Source: a virus (Duplodnaviria > Caudoviricetes). From it: a DNA stretch of 64,000 bases. A program made the translations under genes and the position numbers. Location: positions 1-64,000 of IMG/VR virus record IMGVR_UViG_3300035498_000319. One strand, written 5' to 3'. Below, in pieces: positions 20,833 to 30,750 of this stretch. The first letter of the stretch is position 1. Each line of letters opens with the position of its first letter. The notes beneath the pieces were generated by a model that was not told the origin of the DNA, searched no databases, and worked only from the letters and a program-made list of their open reading frames with translations.

Positions 20833-23259
20833 TTAGATCGTCGGCATTAATGATTTTAGCAATTTCGCAGACCAAATGACAGTATCCTTATTAATCTTAA
20901 TCATCGCGTCACTGAAGGGGCTTTGATTATAATACTCCTCGAAATTAAAGTCCGGCTCCTCATTCAGTACGACTTTAAGATAATGATTGAAGTCATTAAG
21001 AATCTTAGACCTAGCTTTATGCTCTTTTACTTTATCCTTCTTATCAGAGTTATAAAGAGTCTCCTCTATAGCAGTATTCATAGCCCAAAGCTTACATAGC
21101 TCGTACTTGATTCCTTCTATATTACCAGACTCTTCGTACTTCTTAAGAAGCTTATGACATTTAGCATATTCAGATTCATAATCTCTTCTCTTTATATTCT
21201 TTATAAAGAGATTTCCCTCTTTATCGAATGATACAGGAAGATCTTTTGCTTCTAAATACGGTTTAGCATATAGGCAGGGCTCTATCATTTCTGCATATAC
21301 TCTAGCGGTTCTCTTATCCAAATCTTTATAAGGATCACTGATATAAGAAGCTATCTCTTGAAGCTTATTAAGATTATGGATATTATTCATAAGAGCAAAT
21401 GCTAAGTGGATAGAATCCATAGAGGATTCTTTAATAGGCTCTGCCTTTCTAGCTAATCTAGCTGCTAAAGCTTTCATTCTTTTAGGATTAAATTTATCTA
21501 TAGCACCTTTATACATTACATAGATCTTCTTGTTTACTTGTGCCATCTTATCAAAATCTCCAGGTGCTACTAGAGATGATTGCATATGAGTCAGATCGAT
21601 ATCGACTAGCTTAAGCATCTTATCTACAAACTCAGAACAAATCATTCTAGAATCGCTTTGCATAGGAATTCTAAATAGAGATGAGATAAATAGATTCAAA
21701 TAGGCATAGTTAGTCTTCATCATATTCTTCATATAGAAGTCTATATTTTTCTTTAGTTTCTCCATATCTTTATTCTTAAGAAAAATAGCGAATACCCCTA
21801 TTTCTTTAGACTTCTTATTTCTAATATCCTCTTCAATGAATCCTCCAACAACTCCTCGCTTAGATCCATCTATACCAAAAGAAAACATATGATGCAATGT
21901 AGGATCAAATGAAATCATAGCATGGGTATATTTAGATTGAGTCTTTAATTGAATTACTTTAGAGAACCAAGCTGTTCCTACATCAAGAACAATAAATACA
22001 GGCTTTAATGGTTCTGTATTAGATTCATTGATATCCTCATCTGTAGCATCCATTCCAGTGAGGTCAATAAACTCTGTAGTACCATTCATATCAGCCAGCT
22101 TACTCTTTACTCTATTAGTAGCCTTCACTCTATTCTCTGGAGAGAATTCATATTCAGGAGGCCATCCGAGACTAAGAATAGCTTGATTATATTTATCCTG
22201 ATCTTCCTCTGGAGCATACTTCTTTTTTAACATAAGATTCTCTACAGCATTTTTCCAATCAACCGGTTTATACTCCATATCTAATCCGATACAATATCTT
22301 CTATAAGAGTCTAACCAATCCTTAAGATTCTCTGTAAAGACATTCTTAATCTCTTCGGTCCCATAGAAGTTATCTGTAGGATCTGGTTGATTTACTCCAA
22401 AGTCTATAATCTCTTCTGGAGTATAGAAAGGAAGATCTTCTCCAGGTACTGGATTATAACTAAGATTCTGATTAGATGCTTTATATTCTGTGGTAGACTT
22501 ATCTACTATATCAGATATGATAGCATCTTCATAAGCCTCATTATTTCTAGATATTAAAGAGATTAAATCTCTTGCTCTGTCTAATCCAGAGATCTCTCTA
22601 TTAGTAGCAAATCTATAATGAGAATTAATAGGGTCTTCAGAGAAAGACTCTGTTATTACTTCTCCTTTGGAAAGCTTCTCTTTAAGATATCTATAATTAG
22701 ATTCGTTTGAAATTCCTAGAATTTCTTTAGACGTCTTATCGGATTCCTCTCTAATAGAAGAGCTATATGACATCCAATTTTCATAAGCTTCATTTAAATC
22801 GTCTATAGTCCTAGTCGGTACTATAACGGGTATTCCTGTTTTTTTTGACCATTCCGTGACTTCTCTTATATCATGCTGATTATAAGTAATTTCGCTATTA
22901 GCAGACTCTGTTGCTATAATTCTATTATCAGATCTCTCTTCAAGAAATCCATTCCTAAGATATTCGTAATAAAATTGATTCATTACTCCTACAGTGTTTA
23001 ATAATTCCCAGTCAGCTTCTCTTCTAAGCTTTCTTGGTTGCATATTAAACTTAATCCATAACTCCTCTAATTCTTCCAATGTAGGTTGAGGAGTAATAAT
23101 GGTTATATTAGATCTTCGGCTCCAATCCTCTAATTCTTCTACATTATCAAAACTAGAGATAGCATTAAAGTTATAAGCCTTACGATCATCCTCTGCTTCA
23201 TTTATAGGAGATTTTATATAACGCTTTACACTAAATTCATTACTAAGTAAATTACTCAT
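20833..23259 (-). CDS. Virion protein with permuted papain-like (YiiX/NlpC-P60) amidase domain
   Basis: SKYTHAMISF (His), NYAY, MICSEFV (Cys) in permuted order; INEA/ATES/ITES/INES processing-like sites. Confidence 0.7.
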   Translation of the reverse strand: MSNLLSNEFSVKRYIKSPINEAEDDRKAYNFNAISSFDNVEELEDWSRRSNITIITPQPTLEELEELWIKFNMQPRKLRREADWELLNTVGVMNQFYYEYLRNGFLEERSDNRIIATESANSEITYNQHDIREVTEWSKKTGIPVIVPTRTIDDLNEAYENWMSYSSSIREESDKTSKEILGISNESNYRYLKEKLSKGEVITESFSEDPINSHYRFATNREISGLDRARDLISLISRNNEAYEDAIISDIVDKSTTEYKASNQNLSYNPVPGEDLPFYTPEEIIDFGVNQPDPTDNFYGTEEIKNVFTENLKDWLDSYRRYCIGLDMEYKPVDWKNAVENLMLKKKYAPEEDQDKYNQAILSLGWPPEYEFSPENRVKATNRVKSKLADMNGTTEFIDLTGMDATDEDINESNTEPLKPVFIVLDVGTAWFSKVIQLKTQSKYTHAMISFDPTLHHMFSFGIDGSKRGVVGGFIEEDIRNKKSKEIGVFAIFLKNKDMEKLKKNIDFYMKNMMKTNYAYLNLFISSLFRIPMQSDSRMICSEFVDKMLKLVDIDLTHMQSSLVAPGDFDKMAQVNKKIYVMYKGAIDKFNPKRMKALAARLARKAEPIKESSMDSIHLAFALMNNIHNLNKLQEIASYISDPYKDLDKRTARVYAEMIEPCLYAKPYLEAKDLPVSFDKEGNLFIKNIKRRDYESEYAKCHKLLKKYEESGNIEGIKYELCKLWAMNTAIEETLYNSDKKDKVKEHKARSKILNDFNHYLKVVLNEEPDFNFEEYYNQSPFSDAMIKINKDTVIWSAKLLKSLMPTI

Positions 23260-24668
23260 ACTCTTTGTCTCTCCTTAAATTGTTTATATAGATCATCCAT
23301 TGTATCTATGATATTCTGAGGAATCTCTTCTACAGAATTATATACAACGGATGATAGGTAATAATCATTAGGGGTATGAATAAATACTCCATCAGGAGTT
23401 TTAGATAAGATTACAGCTCCTTTAATAGGAGTAGAGTTATCAAATGCTCTGATCTCTCCAGAGAGGATTTGATTCTCTCTATAGATACCAGTCTTGATAA
23501 ACTCGCTCTCTAAATTAAGAGACTTAAAGCTTACATATTTGCAATCTGGGTCAAGCATAGCTTCATCAATAGATCTAAACTTATGGCCAAAGATTGCATT
23601 TAAAGCTTCAGAGAAAGTCATATTTCGAGTAATATGGATAGGTCTATTTATTACAATAGCTTCATCTATTGTATCAGCATCCATATAATTTGGTAGATCT
23701 TCCTTAGGGATCTCTACTATACTATCATTAGCTCCTCGAATAAGCACTTTATTATATGCCGTATTACCGATTGCTATATCAAAAGAATTACTCATCAATC
23801 TAGGGGTAATCCAAGTATTAGCAGCACTCTGAGGGGGAATACCTCCTACCTCTTCTTTAAAGAATATTTTAGCTGAATCATTGATAAAATATTTCATCTC
23901 TGGATCTTCAGGATGAACCATATTCTCATACTTAATTTCTGCTAGAGCCTGCAATAATTGCTCGAAGTTATTATTAGTCAATCTTAGATAATTAAACTTA
24001 CCTAAACTGGTAATCATATCTTCTTTAGCATATTGTTTTCCTCTATAGATAGGCATTTCTCTCTTATTCGGATTATCTCCTCCATCTTTAATCTCTATCA
24101 CTAGATTAGCCGGAATATAGTAGATATCCGTAATCCATGAATGAGTTTCTCCGTTAAACTCATAGTCCAATACAGGACCTGGCATTTGAATATCCTTAGA
24201 AGGGATATTCAATACTTTATCCATAAACTCCAAAGTCTCTTTCTCATACTTTCCAGTGTAAGTCATCATAGTGCCATCGCTATATCTATACTTACCGGAT
24301 ATTCTTCTATTAGCAAGCATCTTCTCTTGATGCTCAGCATCATTCAATAATGTAGGCTTATTATATACTCTGATATGTCTCTCTAAAGCGATTCTTCTTA
24401 CTTCTTCTCTACAAGCTTTAGAGCCGCATAAATTATTATATCGAGCTGTCTTTTCATTCCATTCATATACAGGCTTCTTACATACCATACAAGTTCCATG
24501 ATCGGTATGATTAATAGAATCGTATACTACTCTTGTAGCAGTATACTCTTCTGGAATAAGATCTTCATGCTGATTCTGTACATGCTGTATAAGATTCATT
24601 CTCGGAAAGGTCTTTTCACAATATGGACATCTATACTTTCTAGATGTCTTATAAACCTTTTTAGCCAA
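23256..24668 (-). CDS. C2H2 zinc-finger plus PD-(D/E)XK (TnsA/T4 gp4-like) nuclease
   Basis: CPYC..HxxxxH, CMVC..C..C, TDIY...VIEIKD; TTG start with AGGAGG; late promoter 24700-24711. Confidence 0.65.
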   Translation of the reverse strand: MAKKVYKTSRKYRCPYCEKTFPRMNLIQHVQNQHEDLIPEEYTATRVVYDSINHTDHGTCMVCKKPVYEWNEKTARYNNLCGSKACREEVRRIALERHIRVYNKPTLLNDAEHQEKMLANRRISGKYRYSDGTMMTYTGKYEKETLEFMDKVLNIPSKDIQMPGPVLDYEFNGETHSWITDIYYIPANLVIEIKDGGDNPNKREMPIYRGKQYAKEDMITSLGKFNYLRLTNNNFEQLLQALAEIKYENMVHPEDPEMKYFINDSAKIFFKEEVGGIPPQSAANTWITPRLMSNSFDIAIGNTAYNKVLIRGANDSIVEIPKEDLPNYMDADTIDEAIVINRPIHITRNMTFSEALNAIFGHKFRSIDEAMLDPDCKYVSFKSLNLESEFIKTGIYRENQILSGEIRAFDNSTPIKGAVILSKTPDGVFIHTPNDYYLSSVVYNSVEEIPQNIIDTMDDLYKQFKERQRV

Positions 24669-24807
24669 AAGTATCTCCTCCTTTGGTTTTAAATAAGATT
24701 ATAATTATGTTGAGCTTGCTATAATTAGGTCATTGGAGAGGCTATTATATTTTAATACCGGAACTAAATATTAAAATTTTAATATAAAGAAAGGGTGGTG
24801 AATCACT

Positions 24808-25188
24808 ATAAACACTCATGAATATACATTCTCCATAAACGAATTTGGAGAGCCAAAAGTATTAGAGAACGGAGAGGCTATAGCCACCTATCTTACTCAT
24901 TTATTACTATTAGACCCAGGTACCTTCCAATCCCATCCTGATATGGGAGTTGGCTTAGTATCTAAATATAGATATACTCTCGAAGATAAGTTATATACTC
25001 TTCGAGATGATTTTAAAACTCAGATAGAGAAATATCTACCGCAATATCAAGCGGTAGAAGTATCAGTAAAGCTAGAGGATCATGTTTGTTATATAACTGC
25101 TAAGCTAGATAATACTATCTATGCATTCTTCTATAACGAAAATGATAATACAGTATCGTCGAAGTATAAGAGCCTAAATGATCTATAA
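24808..25188 (+). CDS. gp25-like baseplate wedge/sheath initiator, probable ATA start
   Basis: LLLDPGTFQSHPDMGVGL motif lies mostly upstream of the annotated ATG 24943; frame open from ATA 24808 behind GGTGGTGA. Confidence 0.65.
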   Translation: MNTHEYTFSINEFGEPKVLENGEAIATYLTHLLLLDPGTFQSHPDMGVGLVSKYRYTLEDKLYTLRDDFKTQIEKYLPQYQAVEVSVKLEDHVCYITAKLDNTIYAFFYNENDNTVSSKYKSLNDL

Positions 25189-25209
25189 TTGCAAGGAGGA
25201 CTAAAACTA

Positions 25210-26925
25210 ATGGCAAACCATTTCAGAATTAATGAAGACAGCGAACCGATGATTACCGGTTCATATAAGTTAGATTTGACAAGACATAAGGAAGATAAAG
25301 TTACTGTTGCGACTCTGGAATCTCTTGGTGCAGATAAGGAAGCACAGAATGTTGCTAAGAGATCTGTCAATGTAGTTTCTGGAGGCAATATTCCTGAGAA
25401 TGCAGAAGTATTTGATCCTACTACTATTATTCCTAAGAAGGAAGTTAGAGATACTGGAGTAGATGAAATCTTTGGAGCACTTGATGCTGCTGTAGAACGA
25501 GAGAAGCAGAATATCACTAAGTTTCATGAAGATCTGGAAGCTCAGATGTACGAGGATTATATCAATAAAAAGGAATCTGAAGACGAGGAAGATGAAACTC
25601 CTGCACATCCCGATGAAGATGAAAATACTAAGGGAGAAAAAGAAGATCTTGACGAAGATGATGATTTCTTCGATTATAGTGATGATGAAGAGGAAGAAGA
25701 AGAGCCTGAGATTAATACAAAGCTTAATATTGTTAAGGATGAAGAGGAAGAACCTAAGGAAGAAGAGCCTGTTAAGAAGACTCTTTCTATTAGTCGTAAT
25801 GTAGAAGTTACTGAGGAAACTGATAACTTCGATTACGATGATGATGAGCTCGACGATGATCTTGATGATGCAGAGAATGCTAAGAAAGAATCTGATGCTG
25901 AGCAAGAAGCAGAGATGGAACATATCGCTGAAGCTCTTAAGGAGGAGACTAAGAAGGTTATTAAGCCTAAGTTCTCTCTTGACCTTTCTAAGTTTAAGAT
26001 CGGTACTAAGTCTATTAGAGCTAGTAAGCTAATTATTGCTGATAAGTCTGAAGCTCCTGTTGCAGACTGGTGCCTTTATAATTCCGGCAGGGCTATTGCA
26101 ATGTCTGGACTGACTGGTCCGGAATTGATTAAGCTCGATCCTCAGAATTATAATAGAAATAGAGCAAATACTCTTAGAGAGATTTATCATATCATCTACG
26201 ATCATGTTGTAGATGCTAAGAAGCCTGACTTCATTACTTGGATGAAGCAGACTAAGTATTCTGATCTGGACCATATCTACTTTGCTATGTATATGGCAAC
26301 CTTCAATTCCTCAAACTTTGTATCGTATCAGTGCCCTGACTGCAAGAAGGTATTCCTGAAGGAAGTCAAGTTCTCTGATATGGTAAAGTATAAGGATGAT
26401 TCCATCAAGCAAAAGGTTATGAAGATGGTAGATCAGTCTACCGATAATGGTCTAATTGATTATAATGTAGATCTGATTCAGGTATCCGACCAGTATGTAT
26501 TCGGTATTAGAACTCCTTCTCTGTATAATATCATTATGGAGAATGCTTCTCTGCCGGATAATATTCTGGAGAAGTATGCAGATCTGATCAATACGATCAA
26601 TTATATTGATGGAGTTTATGTAATTGATTATGTAAACCAAGAGCTCCAGCCTGTTAAGATTCCTTCTGTACCTGGAGATGCTGTAAAGAGCAGCGTTAAG
26701 AAGATCAAGATTCTTTATAGTATTCTTAAGAAGCTGACTTCGGATGAGTTCTATACTCTTCGCGGCCATATCAATAAGATCGAAGAAGTAACGGAAGATA
26801 TCTCTTACTTCATTCCGGCAGCAGTTTGCCCCCATTGTGAAACCAAGATTGCAGAGAATACTGATACTACAGCGGCTGCTATCCTTTTTACACGGCATCA
26901 CTTGGGAGCCTTCGCCAATATGTAA
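25210..26925 (+). CDS. Baseplate hub assembly/tail assembly chaperone (T4 gp26/gp51-like) with long acidic N-terminus
   Basis: CPDC and CPHC zinc knuckles, RTPSL motif, follows the gp25-like gene. Confidence 0.55.
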   Translation: MANHFRINEDSEPMITGSYKLDLTRHKEDKVTVATLESLGADKEAQNVAKRSVNVVSGGNIPENAEVFDPTTIIPKKEVRDTGVDEIFGALDAAVEREKQNITKFHEDLEAQMYEDYINKKESEDEEDETPAHPDEDENTKGEKEDLDEDDDFFDYSDDEEEEEEPEINTKLNIVKDEEEEPKEEEPVKKTLSISRNVEVTEETDNFDYDDDELDDDLDDAENAKKESDAEQEAEMEHIAEALKEETKKVIKPKFSLDLSKFKIGTKSIRASKLIIADKSEAPVADWCLYNSGRAIAMSGLTGPELIKLDPQNYNRNRANTLREIYHIIYDHVVDAKKPDFITWMKQTKYSDLDHIYFAMYMATFNSSNFVSYQCPDCKKVFLKEVKFSDMVKYKDDSIKQKVMKMVDQSTDNGLIDYNVDLIQVSDQYVFGIRTPSLYNIIMENASLPDNILEKYADLINTINYIDGVYVIDYVNQELQPVKIPSVPGDAVKSSVKKIKILYSILKKLTSDEFYTLRGHINKIEEVTEDISYFIPAAVCPHCETKIAENTDTTAAAILFTRHHLGAFANM

Positions 26926-27302
26926 ACTTTCTTAGTGTAATAGTATCAGAGCTCAGAGGAAGAATTACTATAATGGACTTATATGATAAGCCATTTAATA
27001 TTCTTCATGAGCTCTACTATTACACATTCACTGTAGCTGAAGAGCGAGAGAAAGCTAGAAAAGAAGAACAGAAGAAGCGAGAAGAGGAACAAAAGAAAAA
27101 AGAACCTAAGAAGCTTACTCCTAAACAGTTCGATCGTAGGCTTTCTCCCGCTGCTCAAGCTAAAGCTAATAAAGAGATGAAAGAATCCCAAGATGATGTA
27201 AATAAAGGAAGCGAAGACAAATCAAAGTCACAACCTGAACTGGCATCTCCTCCCAATGTAGATATTGAAGATATAGTAGATATAATGGAGGAGGGTGTTT
27301 AA
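26883..27302 (+). CDS. -1 frame extension of the upstream chaperone gene (ORF track start 26973)
   Basis: -1 frame open 26865-27302 across CCTTTTTAC. Confidence 0.55.
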   Translation, partial: PFYTASLGSLRQYVNFLSVIVSELRGRITIMDLYDKPFNILHELYYYTFTVAEEREKARKEEQKKREEEQKKKEPKKLTPKQFDRRLSPAAQAKANKEMKESQDDVNKGSEDKSKSQPELASPPNVDIEDIVDIMEEGV

Positions 27303-27305
27303 TCA

Positions 27306-27611
27306 TTGAACACTACAGAAGAATTTCTTAAATCTATTTCCTATGAGGATAATATAAAGGCTATTACCCAAAATTTCGACGAATTAATGACCTTATATCA
27401 CATTATAGGGAATAGAGGGGATATACAAATTAGCGCTAGTAGTACTCAGCCCATATCTTTTGAACTTACCATGAAATCAAAGGTAGATGCTGCTAGATTA
27501 TCGGAATATATGAATGGTTTAACCTTTACTGTTTACGGAGAGCCATACAATATAACCATGGCAGTAAACGGGAAAATCATATATACAATCATTACGAAGG
27601 CTTCAAAATGA
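27306..27611 (+). CDS. Hypothetical protein
   Basis: 101 aa, TTG start after GGAGG. Confidence 0.55.
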   Translation: MNTTEEFLKSISYEDNIKAITQNFDELMTLYHIIGNRGDIQISASSTQPISFELTMKSKVDAARLSEYMNGLTFTVYGEPYNITMAVNGKIIYTIITKASK

Positions 27612-27639
27612 GGCCTTCGTAAAACTCACTTTTTTCAGT

Positions 27640-27649
27640 TATATATTAT
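27640..27649 (+). promoter_or_regulatory. Early promoter TATATATTAT (representative)
   Basis: Copies at 6108, 19017(-), 20783(-), 29787, 31532, 34361, 47825, 55982, 62237, 63251, all intergenic and upstream of genes. Confidence 0.8.
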
Positions 27650-27708
27650 ATATATAGAGAAAGGAATTTATAATAAATAAAATTCCTAGAAAAGAGAGGT
27701 ACAAGAAT

Positions 27709-28023
27709 ATGAAAAACGTTGCAGGAATAATAAAGCGCCCCGGATTCATAGGGTCATTTGACCTCGTGAAAGAAAGGAGCACAAGTGAGACCCTTGTGTT
27801 CGGGACGCTAAACCGCGAAACGATTCTGGTACATATGGATACCGGGATCGTAAGTATAAACCAGCCTGAATGTGGCCAACATTATGCTGGCCGCATTCAG
27901 AATACAAAAAGTACGAAAGCCGTCATCGATTCTGTCTGTAGACTAGTGCACTCAATTTATAGCACCTATGACTGTAATATTGAAGAACTATTCTTCAAAA
28001 TCGATGACGTGCTTTTATCATAA
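27709..28023 (+). CDS. Early hypothetical protein
   Basis: Early promoter 27640-27649, GAGG RBS, own terminator 28025-28052. Confidence 0.6.
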   Translation: MKNVAGIIKRPGFIGSFDLVKERSTSETLVFGTLNRETILVHMDTGIVSINQPECGQHYAGRIQNTKSTKAVIDSVCRLVHSIYSTYDCNIEELFFKIDDVLLS

Positions 28024-28087
28024 ATAAGGGGGGTAAAACCCCCTTGTTTTTTGTCATCAAAACATGAAAATAAGAGGTGAATCGTTT

Positions 28088-29743
28088 ATGGATAATACAA
28101 GACATCTTAGAATAGATCTTATTGACCCAGATAAGTTGGTCAAAGTTAATGAATTAAAAGAAATTGTAAATCCTGTTGCATTTGCTAGAAAAGGAGTTCC
28201 TACATCAGATGGTCTCTGGTCTAATGAAATCTTTGGTATTACTCAGTATCAGAGAGCTAATACTTTCGCGTATATAGATCTAGTAGAAACTTTCATAAAT
28301 CCGCTGATATATAAGCTGTGGTGTAAGGTAGATAAATCTGTTAAAGACTGTGTTCATGGTATAAAGAATTTTATTATAGATGAGCACGGGCGTCTACAAG
28401 AAGATGAAAATGGCGGCACTGGTATAGAGTTTCTTAAAAAGAATATCACTAAATATAAATTCATACGTACTGACTCTAATAAGAGAGATATGAATATCGA
28501 TTTTATAATGCGCTATATAGGCAAGCCTGAATTTTTTATCACGAAATACATAGTTATCCCTCCATATTATAGAGATATCAATACAGATCAAGGTAAAGTA
28601 ACAATCGATCAAATCAATGCCCTATATAGATCACTTATTATATCTACTAAAGCTCTTAGAGAATCGGCTGATTATGGATTGAGTCTATCATCTGCTACTA
28701 GAGGAAGAATCCAAGAGCTATTGGTATCTATCTATGATTGGTTTGGTTCTGGCACTACAGTTGGAACTGATGTAGTATCTGGACAGATTCCTGGAAAATT
28801 TGGTGTATATAGAAGATCAGTCTTGTCTAAGACAACAGACTATGCATCAAGACTGGTAATGTCTGCTCCTCCTCTTAGAGTAGAATCTGTAGATGATATC
28901 GAAGTTGATCTGGATTACTGTGTAATCCCTTTGTCGTCTGCTTTAGCAAACTTCTATCCATTTGTAGTTTTTCATGCTAGGAGATTCTTTGAAAATGAAT
29001 TCTCTAGTGATTCTACATTGGCTATATTGAATTCCAAAAATGAAGTCGAATACTTTCATCCGAAGGATTATCAGATCGAATTCTCTGAAGAAAGAATTAG
29101 AAAAGAGATAGATAGATATCTTACTGGATTCTCTAATAGATTGATTCCTATAGATATACATACTGTAGAAGGACCTACAATAAGAATGCATTTCTACGGG
29201 CATGTAGGAACCCTTGAAGAAGTTCAAAAAAATCCTAAACAGCATATTGTAGAGAGAGATATTACATGGTGTGACGTTCTCTATAGGGCTGCTACAGAAG
29301 CTGTAAAAGATAAGTGCGTTCTTATTACAAGATATCCGATTGATAGTTACTTCAATCAATTTCCTTCTAGAGTAAAGATATCTTCTATGGTAGAAACAGA
29401 ACCTGTAGTTATAGGAGAAACCTTTTATCCGAAATATCCTAAGATACGGCAAAGGGATATCGGTAAAGATACCTCGAATATGTTTATAGATACTCTTCGT
29501 ATTAGTAATCTGATGCTGGAAGGTATCGGAGGAGATTATGATGGAGACCAATGCACAGTTAAGGGAGTATATAGCGAAGAAGCTAATAAAGAACTTATGG
29601 GAGTGATTAACTCCAGAAAGAATCTATTAGGATTGGATGCTAAAGGAGTTCGTGTTTCTGATAAGGAAGCTATCCAATCTATGTATAGCTTGACTAAGAT
29701 ATTAGACGAAGACAAGAAGAAGATTACTAATCCTGTATTCTAA
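28088..29743 (+). CDS. Phage multisubunit RNA polymerase beta' N-terminal half with catalytic motif, likely virion RNAP (phiKZ gp180-like)
   Basis: DGLWSNEIFG, VIPPYYRD, GKFGVYRRSVLSK, TRYP, GGDYDGD; late promoter 28061-28072. Confidence 0.9.
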   Translation: MDNTRHLRIDLIDPDKLVKVNELKEIVNPVAFARKGVPTSDGLWSNEIFGITQYQRANTFAYIDLVETFINPLIYKLWCKVDKSVKDCVHGIKNFIIDEHGRLQEDENGGTGIEFLKKNITKYKFIRTDSNKRDMNIDFIMRYIGKPEFFITKYIVIPPYYRDINTDQGKVTIDQINALYRSLIISTKALRESADYGLSLSSATRGRIQELLVSIYDWFGSGTTVGTDVVSGQIPGKFGVYRRSVLSKTTDYASRLVMSAPPLRVESVDDIEVDLDYCVIPLSSALANFYPFVVFHARRFFENEFSSDSTLAILNSKNEVEYFHPKDYQIEFSEERIRKEIDRYLTGFSNRLIPIDIHTVEGPTIRMHFYGHVGTLEEVQKNPKQHIVERDITWCDVLYRAATEAVKDKCVLITRYPIDSYFNQFPSRVKISSMVETEPVVIGETFYPKYPKIRQRDIGKDTSNMFIDTLRISNLMLEGIGGDYDGDQCTVKGVYSEEANKELMGVINSRKNLLGLDAKGVRVSDKEAIQSMYSLTKILDEDKKKITNPVF

Positions 29744-29836
29744 GAAAATAATAGAGAGAATAGCTTTAGCTATTCTCTCTTTGAGTTATATATTATAATG
29801 ATGAAGACAATAGAATAATTTAAGGAGGATATTAAA

Positions 29837-30124
29837 ATGAACGAGATTATATCTAATATGTTTAAACTAAGCTGCATACTATACGCAATTGTAATGGGGA
29901 TTCCTACATGTATATTTATAGGACTCTTAATAGCAAATATAATACATGGATTTGAAACAGACTTCGGAATCTTATGGATGATAAAGACATTCTTAATAAA
30001 AGAAAAGAATCTTCAATTCCTATTATTCATATATTGTATTGGAGCTGTGGTAACTGCATTTTTGTTTTTCGCGGTTACCGGAGTATTAATACTATACGCG
30101 GAGGTGACTTCTTGTGCTATATAA
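29837..30124 (+). CDS. Small early membrane protein (2 TM)
   Basis: Hydrophobic helices; early promoter 29787-29796. Confidence 0.6.
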   Translation: MNEIISNMFKLSCILYAIVMGIPTCIFIGLLIANIIHGFETDFGILWMIKTFLIKEKNLQFLLFIYCIGAVVTAFLFFAVTGVLILYAEVTSCAI

Positions 30125-30335
30125 TATATGGTGTTTCGTAGAGTTGTTGCTGTATATATTGCTAATGTATTTCTCTGCAACTCAAATATCATCAGTTACA
30201 ATTCTAGTCTGTGGTGATTTTGAAAATGTAGATGCTAAAGTAGCTTGCTTCGTAATCGTAATAAAATTCGTAGTATTAATAATTGCCGCAATAGGAGTTG
30301 TAGTATCTATCCATAGAATAAGTTTATTATGGTAA
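30114..30335 (+). CDS. Small membrane protein (2 TM)
   Basis: GGAGG RBS, GTG start, ends HRISLLW. Confidence 0.55.
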   Translation: MLYNIWCFVELLLYILLMYFSATQISSVTILVCGDFENVDAKVACFVIVIKFVVLIIAAIGVVVSIHRISLLW

Positions 30336-30349
30336 GGAGGTAATTCTAT

Positions 30350-30526
30350 ATGCTAAGCACAATAGCTACTATACTAGCAACTATGGTAAGTAATAATGAA
30401 AACTCCGATGAAATAGATACAAACGATATTGAAGATGATATAGAATTCTTTTCAGAATCTATATCACTCGTAGTCGTTGTTACGGGAATCATTGCATTAG
30501 GCTGTAGATTGACTCTAATATGGTAA
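30350..30526 (+). CDS. 58-aa membrane protein not in the ORF track
   Basis: AAGGAGG RBS; C-terminal TM ending CRLTLIW. Confidence 0.55.
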   Translation: MLSTIATILATMVSNNENSDEIDTNDIEDDIEFFSESISLVVVVTGIIALGCRLTLIW

Positions 30527-30566
30527 ATTAAGAAAGATAGCTAAACAGCTATCTTTCTTTTTTAAT

Positions 30567-30640
30567 TGGAGCAGGTAATCAGGATCGAACTGACAACCTC
30601 ACCTTGGAAGGGTGATGTGTTACCATTACACTATACCTGC
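30567..30640 (-). tRNA. tRNA-Gly(UCC) with encoded CCA
   Basis: GCAGGTA/TACCTGC acceptor, anticodon loop CTTCCAA, GTTCGATCC T-loop; AACT-N6-TA promoter 30647-30658. Confidence 0.95.
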
Positions 30641-30750
30641 ACATCTAATATTTAGTTACTAAGTTAATTTTTTACTCTCGAAATGCAAATTTAATGAGAA
30701 AGTAACAAACGATTAATCTATGTACATTGATTAAGTAAGGTGATGACATT

